UHGV virus genome: UHGV-0310767
Source of the DNA: a virus
Direction: 5' to 3' (one strand)
Length of the DNA stretch: 64,000 nucleotides
The translations under genes were made by a program, and so were the position numbers. The notes under the pieces were generated by a model, which was not told the origin of the DNA, did no database searches, and saw nothing but the letters and a program-made list of their open reading frames with translations. Below, one piece after another: positions 59,215 through 64,000 of the stretch (position 1 is the first letter of the stretch; every line of letters starts with the position of its first letter).

Positions 59215-60261
59215 ATGGCTGATATTTATTTAGCAGGTGTAGCCACGGTTGATTTGTTTGATGGACAGGAATTATTTTCCACAGCAAAAACCCTGGTAAA
59301 TTCTTCGGTTTCTTTAAATGTATCTTTGGAGGAAATTCGTGCAGGACAGGGCGCAAAGCTTTATGGCAAATATGCGCATTCTTCTGTAATGAATATTACC
59401 CTTACTGATGCTATGTTTCGTCTGGAATATATCGCAAAGAATATAGGTGGTGAAATTTCTATTGGAGGTACGGCAACTTTTAACGAACAGGTTACAGTAA
59501 CCACACCAGGAAGTATTGAGGTAACTAATACCCCGGTGGCATTTGGAACTTATGGTACAGTTGGTTGGTATAAGAAGCCTACTGATTCTGCATGGACTTC
59601 TGGTGTATTCAGTGGTAAAACACTTACTATTGCTGGGGCAACTGTAGGTGAGATTTATTGTGTGAAGTATGTAAACACTTATGATTCTATGCGGCAGTTA
59701 GTAGTAAACGCTAATTTTATCCCGGCAACAGTTCATGCAGTTATGACGGCTTCTCTTTTCCAGGGTAACAGTAATAATCCTAATGATGCCAATACAACTA
59801 AGATTGGTGAGGTTCAGATTGATATTCCTCGGCTTATGCTTTCTGGTGCACAGGATATTACTATGAACATGACAGGTGCGGCGCAGACACCTCTTACTGG
59901 TTCTGCATTGGCTTCTAGTAGCACAGAGAGTTGCGAAGATGATGCTATTTATGGAACCATTAAGGAGATTATTAATGGTTCTAACTGGATGGATGATGCA
60001 TATGCTTTAGCTATCACTCCACCTGACATTGAACTTACTATTGGAGAAAAAGAAACTATTGGTGCTTATGCATTGATTAGGAATGCTTCTCCCAAAAAGG
60101 TAAGTCCAACTCAGTTGACTTTCACTAGTGCGGCTACCGCTACTGCTACAGTAAGCAATACAGGTGAGGTATCTGGTGTAGCGGCTGGTAAAACCACGAT
60201 AAACGTAACTTTGACCGCCAAGCCAACAGTAGAAGGTTTCGCCAATATAACCGTGGCTTAA
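59215..60261 (+). CDS. putative major tail protein with C-terminal Ig-like domain
   Basis: 348 aa; C-terminal Big_2-like segment SPTQLTFTSAATATATVSNTGEVSGVAAGKTTINVTL. Confidence 0.4.
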   Translation: MADIYLAGVATVDLFDGQELFSTAKTLVNSSVSLNVSLEEIRAGQGAKLYGKYAHSSVMNITLTDAMFRLEYIAKNIGGEISIGGTATFNEQVTVTTPGSIEVTNTPVAFGTYGTVGWYKKPTDSAWTSGVFSGKTLTIAGATVGEIYCVKYVNTYDSMRQLVVNANFIPATVHAVMTASLFQGNSNNPNDANTTKIGEVQIDIPRLMLSGAQDITMNMTGAAQTPLTGSALASSSTESCEDDAIYGTIKEIINGSNWMDDAYALAITPPDIELTIGEKETIGAYALIRNASPKKVSPTQLTFTSAATATATVSNTGEVSGVAAGKTTINVTLTAKPTVEGFANITVA

Positions 60262-60348
60262 CTTAGTTGTACTGGTTTTTAACCTTATTTATGGGGCAGA
60301 TATGTTTCTGTCCCATAGTACATAATTTTTGAAAGGAGGTATGCATTC

Positions 60349-60696
60349 ATGTATACATTTATTTGTCCAGATTCTTATAGAGGAAAAGTTGGAAATAGAG
60401 AGATGGTTAAATGTCGTAAACAAGGAGGAAATGTATGTCCTTTTGTTTATTGGTGTGAAAATGCTCAAGATTGGAAACCTATAAGAAATACGCAAGAAAC
60501 ATGTTTGCTTAGAACCAAAATAAATAAACCTGATAATGCCAGTGTTGTTAGATTTATGAAAAAAGGAAAACTTTATATAGAATATAAAGATGGTGTAGTG
60601 GTATTAGATAATCCTTTTGATTTTGTTCCTAAGTATGTAACTCTTATTCATAAAGGCGAAAAGTTTTATATTGATAAGAAAAAAGGTTTTGCTTAA
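60349..60696 (+). CDS. hypothetical protein
   Basis: 115-aa ORF. Confidence 0.35.
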   Translation: MYTFICPDSYRGKVGNREMVKCRKQGGNVCPFVYWCENAQDWKPIRNTQETCLLRTKINKPDNASVVRFMKKGKLYIEYKDGVVVLDNPFDFVPKYVTLIHKGEKFYIDKKKGFA

Positions 60697-60761
60697 AAAC
60701 CATTGACTTAATGATAATATTATGATATAATTATCCTATAAAAAATAAGGAGGATTATATT

Positions 60762-61208
60762 ATGAAACTTACATTTAAACATTTAGTGGATGCTTATAAG
60801 GAATACGAAAGTATTCAAAGTAGTTATAAGGGGGAGAAAACAGATTGGTATGAAGTCCATTTAAGACTTTACAATCTTAAGAAAAGTTTGAATTGGGAAA
60901 TGTCCCAATCTAATAATTTTTCTTTTAATCTTTTTATTAAAAGAAGTTTAATGAATTTGTTTGAAGAAGAATATAATCGTATAACTATTATTATTGATGA
61001 ATTGGAAAAACGGGACAGAGAAAAAATGGAACTTAATAAAAGATTCTGTCCCAAATGTGGAAATCGGTTATCTTTTTCACGTAAAAGAATTAATGGAATA
61101 TCGAAATATGTTTGTGAATGTGAACATTGTCAATATCAACCAAAATGTGAAGCTGGTATGTCTTTAGAAGAGGCTGTGTGGTATTTTGATGCATGGCTTA
61201 ACCTTTAA
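60762..61208 (+). CDS. hypothetical zinc-ribbon protein
   Basis: 148 aa; CPKCGN...CECEHC. Confidence 0.4.
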   Translation: MKLTFKHLVDAYKEYESIQSSYKGEKTDWYEVHLRLYNLKKSLNWEMSQSNNFSFNLFIKRSLMNLFEEEYNRITIIIDELEKRDREKMELNKRFCPKCGNRLSFSRKRINGISKYVCECEHCQYQPKCEAGMSLEEAVWYFDAWLNL

Positions 61209-61239
61209 ACCAAATTACATAAATAAGGAGATATTTTTT

Positions 61240-61596
61240 ATGGAATACAAACAGCGTATTAATCGTGGAGATGTTTTTTATGCAGATTTACGTCCTATTG
61301 TCGGAAGTGAACAGGGGGGGATTCGCCCCGTATTAGTATTACAGAATAATGTAGGAAATAAATTTAGTCCTACTATTATAGTTGTTCCTTTGACAACTAA
61401 ACCCAAAAAGTGTTTACCTATGCACCATGTTATAAATAAAGGCAAATATGATTTTCTTTTAGCTGATAGTGTAGCATTGGTGGAACAGATAAGAAGTATT
61501 GATAGAAGCCGATTTAAGGAATGGATTGGTTCATTATCAGGCTGGGATGTTGAACAAATTTATAGAAAGGCTATTATCAATTTGGCTAGAGACTAA
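61240..61596 (+). CDS. mazF: MazF/PemK/EndoA-family endoribonuclease toxin
   Basis: start ATG 61240 with AAGGAG RBS; RGDVFYADLRPIVGSEQGGIRPVLVLQNNVGNKFSPTIIVVPLTT closely matches the conserved MazF/EndoA motif. Confidence 0.8.
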   Translation: MEYKQRINRGDVFYADLRPIVGSEQGGIRPVLVLQNNVGNKFSPTIIVVPLTTKPKKCLPMHHVINKGKYDFLLADSVALVEQIRSIDRSRFKEWIGSLSGWDVEQIYRKAIINLARD

Positions 61597-61624
61597 TTTT
61601 TTAAAAGAGAGGGGAGGTAGCTTT

Positions 61625-62002
61625 TTGGTGGATGAAGCGGCAGTGCAGGAAATTAAAGTAGACTTAAAAGTCGCAAATGAAAAAATAAACGAACATGAAA
61701 TTAAATTGGTTCGTTTGGAGGAATCGCACAAATACATTACACAAATGGCAGAAGATGTTATAGGGGTGACAAAAGAATTAAATAACACTATGCAGAATGT
61801 TCAGCTTGCCATGATAGGTATACAAGGAAATATGGAAAATTTAACAACAGATATAGGAGATATTAAAGACCGCATGAATAAGTTTGAAGATGATAGTAAT
61901 ATCAATATTCTTTCTGCAATTAAAAAGAATTGGAAAACAATAATTCTTGCGTTAGCTTTTGTAGGTTATGTTATGTTGAGTAAATATGGAATCCATATTT
62001 AA
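61625..62002 (+). CDS. XhlA-like protein (coiled-coil plus C-terminal TM; lysis-associated)
   Basis: TTG/GTG start after GAGGGGAGG RBS; ends ...TIILALAFVGYVMLSKYGIHI. Confidence 0.4.
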   Translation: MVDEAAVQEIKVDLKVANEKINEHEIKLVRLEESHKYITQMAEDVIGVTKELNNTMQNVQLAMIGIQGNMENLTTDIGDIKDRMNKFEDDSNINILSAIKKNWKTIILALAFVGYVMLSKYGIHI

Positions 62003-62050
62003 TTCATAGAAACTTAAAATTTAATTTTAAAGAATGAAAGGAAGGGTTGA

Positions 62051-62318
62051 TATGCCAGATTTTGGAATTGTTTCTATTCCTGCAATTGTAGTGATTGCTT
62101 ATCTTGCAGGAAGCATTGTAAAGAATTACACCAAACTTGATAACAACAAAATCTTACCTATTGTGGGTATTGTGGGAGGTATTTGTGGAGCATTGGCGTT
62201 TAGGATAATGCCAGAGTTCCCAGCGCAGGATATCATGACCGCAGTGGCTATTGGTATTGTTTCGGGAATGGCTTCCACATGGGTAGACCAGACGGTAAAG
62301 AAGGTTACAACCAAGTAA
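62051..62318 (+). CDS. holin (phage_holin_4-like, two TM)
   Basis: 89 aa from ATG 62051; two hydrophobic helices; basic C-terminus. Confidence 0.55.
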
Positions 62319-62433
62319 CAAAAAGTAGAAGCCGTTTAAAGACTTGTTGTTGACAACTTATAATTGAAGGGGAGAGCGAAGGGTTTACTCTTTTGTACTC
62401 TCCCATACATATTAACATATTTAAAGAAAGGAA

Positions 62434-62874
62434 ATGAATGCTATGAAAAAAATAGAAGTTAAACCAGTTTATATTGAGGAATTTGATGTACATGTTTCTC
62501 CCTATTTATTGCCAGCAGAAATAGAATTAATTGCTAAAAAGATGATGGGAGGTAAGAATTATGCCGAAGAAATTTATATCCGTGATATTCTTATCATTAA
62601 ATTGCTTACAGATATAACGGATGAAGAAGCCGAAGATTATGATTATCTGGTGCAGAGCGGTGTAATGGATAAGATATTAGCCAATGTTAAGAATTTGTAT
62701 TTGATTCAGTGTTATATCAGTTATGCACGTAGTACTTCTTTGGCAGTTATTAAGTTTCTTGATACTTTATCTAAGAATTTGGATAAGTATGGTAAGAAGC
62801 TTCCTTCAAGTAAAGAATTACAGGAAATGATGAAAGAAATTAAAAACATTGAAATTCCAAGCGTTAAGAATTAG
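62434..62874 (+). CDS. hypothetical protein
   Basis: 146-aa ORF. Confidence 0.4.
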   Translation: MNAMKKIEVKPVYIEEFDVHVSPYLLPAEIELIAKKMMGGKNYAEEIYIRDILIIKLLTDITDEEAEDYDYLVQSGVMDKILANVKNLYLIQCYISYARSTSLAVIKFLDTLSKNLDKYGKKLPSSKELQEMMKEIKNIEIPSVKN

Positions 62875-62883
62875 GAGAAAAAT

Positions 62884-63396
62884 ATGCCAATAGCTAAAAA
62901 TGCGGCGGAATTTTATGGAATATTCAATGAGCCAGTTCATAATGCGGTTGAATATGTAATGAGTAAAATATTAACCAATTATAAACATCTTATTAATCAG
63001 ATTGTTTATGGAAGAAGTCCAGAAGAATATGAAAGAACTTATGAATTTCTGGAATCATGGGAAGCCAAGTCTAAAAAAACAAGACAAGGTGCTGTAGGGG
63101 AAATGAGTCAAGATGTATCTTTTATGAGTTATAACCCAGAAGCTTTTCAGCATGGAAGTTTATATACTTCTTATGGAGATGTAAGAGATGAATTGGCAGG
63201 AATTATTTATCAGGGATTAGGTGGAAATCTATTTGGAGATGGATGGTGGACTAATCCCCGTGACCCCTGGACACCATTAATTCAGCAATTAAATGAAGGG
63301 AAGAAACTAAGAGAGTGGTTTATTGAAGGAATGGAAAAACAAGGAATACAATGCCGTTCTGTTGGAGTAGGCCATAACATTAGTTCATTTTGGTAG
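62884..63396 (+). CDS. hypothetical protein
   Basis: 170-aa ORF. Confidence 0.4.
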   Translation: MPIAKNAAEFYGIFNEPVHNAVEYVMSKILTNYKHLINQIVYGRSPEEYERTYEFLESWEAKSKKTRQGAVGEMSQDVSFMSYNPEAFQHGSLYTSYGDVRDELAGIIYQGLGGNLFGDGWWTNPRDPWTPLIQQLNEGKKLREWFIEGMEKQGIQCRSVGVGHNISSFW

Positions 63397-63402
63397 AAAG
63401 TT

Positions 63403-63978
63403 ATGAAAAATACAATATTAGGTTTAGATATGAGTACCCTTTCGTCAGGGTACTCTGTTTTTAATTGTAAGAAAAAGTTAGTTGATTATGGAGTTTGGAA
63501 ACAAGATAAAAAAGTTTTATGGAGAGACAGATGTATAAATATGGGGAATGAACTATCTAAATTAATAGATGTTTGTTCCCCTTCTTTGATTTATTGCGAA
63601 GATACTATTCTCAATGGAGAATTAGGTGGTAATGTTCAGACGATTAAAATGCTTTCTGTTTTACAGGGGATTGTATTAGGAGTTTCTAATGTTCATGGAG
63701 TAGAAATAGAATTTCTTATGCCGTCTGCATGGCGTAGGGATTTAGGAGTATACGATGGAACGAGAGAAGGAACTAAACGTCCTATGATGAAATATAAAAC
63801 AATTCAAGTAGTAAATCAAATTTATGGACTTGATTTATTTTATAATTTAAATATACCTAAGTCTGTAAAGAATCAAGATGATATAGGAGATGCTATTGGT
63901 ATAGTACATTCTCAATTATTTCCAGTTGAAAACATAACAAAACAGAAAGGAATGGGACGAAAAGCCAAAACAAAATAA
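63403..63978 (+). CDS. RuvC-like Holliday junction resolvase
   Basis: 191 aa; N-terminal ILGLDMSTLSSGYSVF (first catalytic Asp) and C-terminal DIGDAIGIV motif. Confidence 0.55.
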   Translation: MKNTILGLDMSTLSSGYSVFNCKKKLVDYGVWKQDKKVLWRDRCINMGNELSKLIDVCSPSLIYCEDTILNGELGGNVQTIKMLSVLQGIVLGVSNVHGVEIEFLMPSAWRRDLGVYDGTREGTKRPMMKYKTIQVVNQIYGLDLFYNLNIPKSVKNQDDIGDAIGIVHSQLFPVENITKQKGMGRKAKTK

Positions 63979-64000
63979 AAGGAGTGAGTTATTGTGGCTT

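Noticed and set aside
1-64000. tRNA/tmRNA genes in the intergenic regions (19.2-20.2 kb, 25.2-26.0 kb, 28.5-29.2 kb, 46.0-46.3 kb, 47.0-47.5 kb)
   Set aside because: No cloverleaf-compatible GTTCRANYC T-loop plus acceptor pairing was found. The GGTTCAACGACTA at 47242 is the group I intron R element, not a T-arm.

Overview
This window is an internal 64-kb segment of a large, very AT-rich tailed phage or prophage. Several proteins point to a low-GC Gram-positive (Bacillota, Clostridium- or Bacillus-like) host: a MazF with a Bacillus EndoA-like motif, XhlA-type and phage_holin_4-type lysis genes, a SleB-type cell-wall hydrolase and a sigma-70-family sigma factor.

Left arm (1 to 38.3 kb), almost entirely minus-strand: an early, replication and accessory module. 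It carries an SSB-like protein, a SprT-like protease, a DnaG-like primase, a DnaB-like helicase and an AAA_24-like ATPase. It also carries a glycine-rich FN3 protein, and a higher-GC C5-cytosine methyltransferase that is frameshifted at a G7 tract and sits next to a truncated glycine-rich paralog. Further genes are a small SAM-MTase-like gene, a tyrosine recombinase, a sigma factor, a SleB-like hydrolase, a DUF262 (DGQQR) protein, a ThyX-like protein and a P-loop kinase. Several textbook sigma-A promoters (TTGACA-N17-TATAnT) and intrinsic terminators punctuate this arm.

Switch region (38.3 to 39.1 kb): an ultra-AT-rich 0.8-kb region with perfect inverted repeats separates the two arms.

Right arm (39.1 to 64 kb), plus-strand: it opens with a YonO-like single-subunit two-barrel RNA polymerase (DFDGD motif) expressed from a consensus sigma-A promoter. 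Two HU/IHF-like genes follow. The large terminase gene is split by two group I introns carrying LAGLIDADG and GIY-YIG homing endonucleases. Then come portal, protease/scaffold, major capsid and Ig-domain structural genes, a solitary MazF/EndoA-type toxin, XhlA-like and holin lysis genes and a RuvC-like resolvase.

Noncoding highlights:
- a 1.6-kb strand-asymmetric block (G-rich and C-free, then C-rich and G-free) with G-quadruplex motifs at 29.9 to 31.45 kb;
- a degenerate ~197-bp tandem repeat array at 25.35 to 25.96 kb;
- a perfectly conserved 21-nt motif in four copies;
- TTATCNGATAA palindromes;
- a candidate sRNA with its own consensus promoter and terminator.

No rRNA, tRNA or CRISPR array was found.
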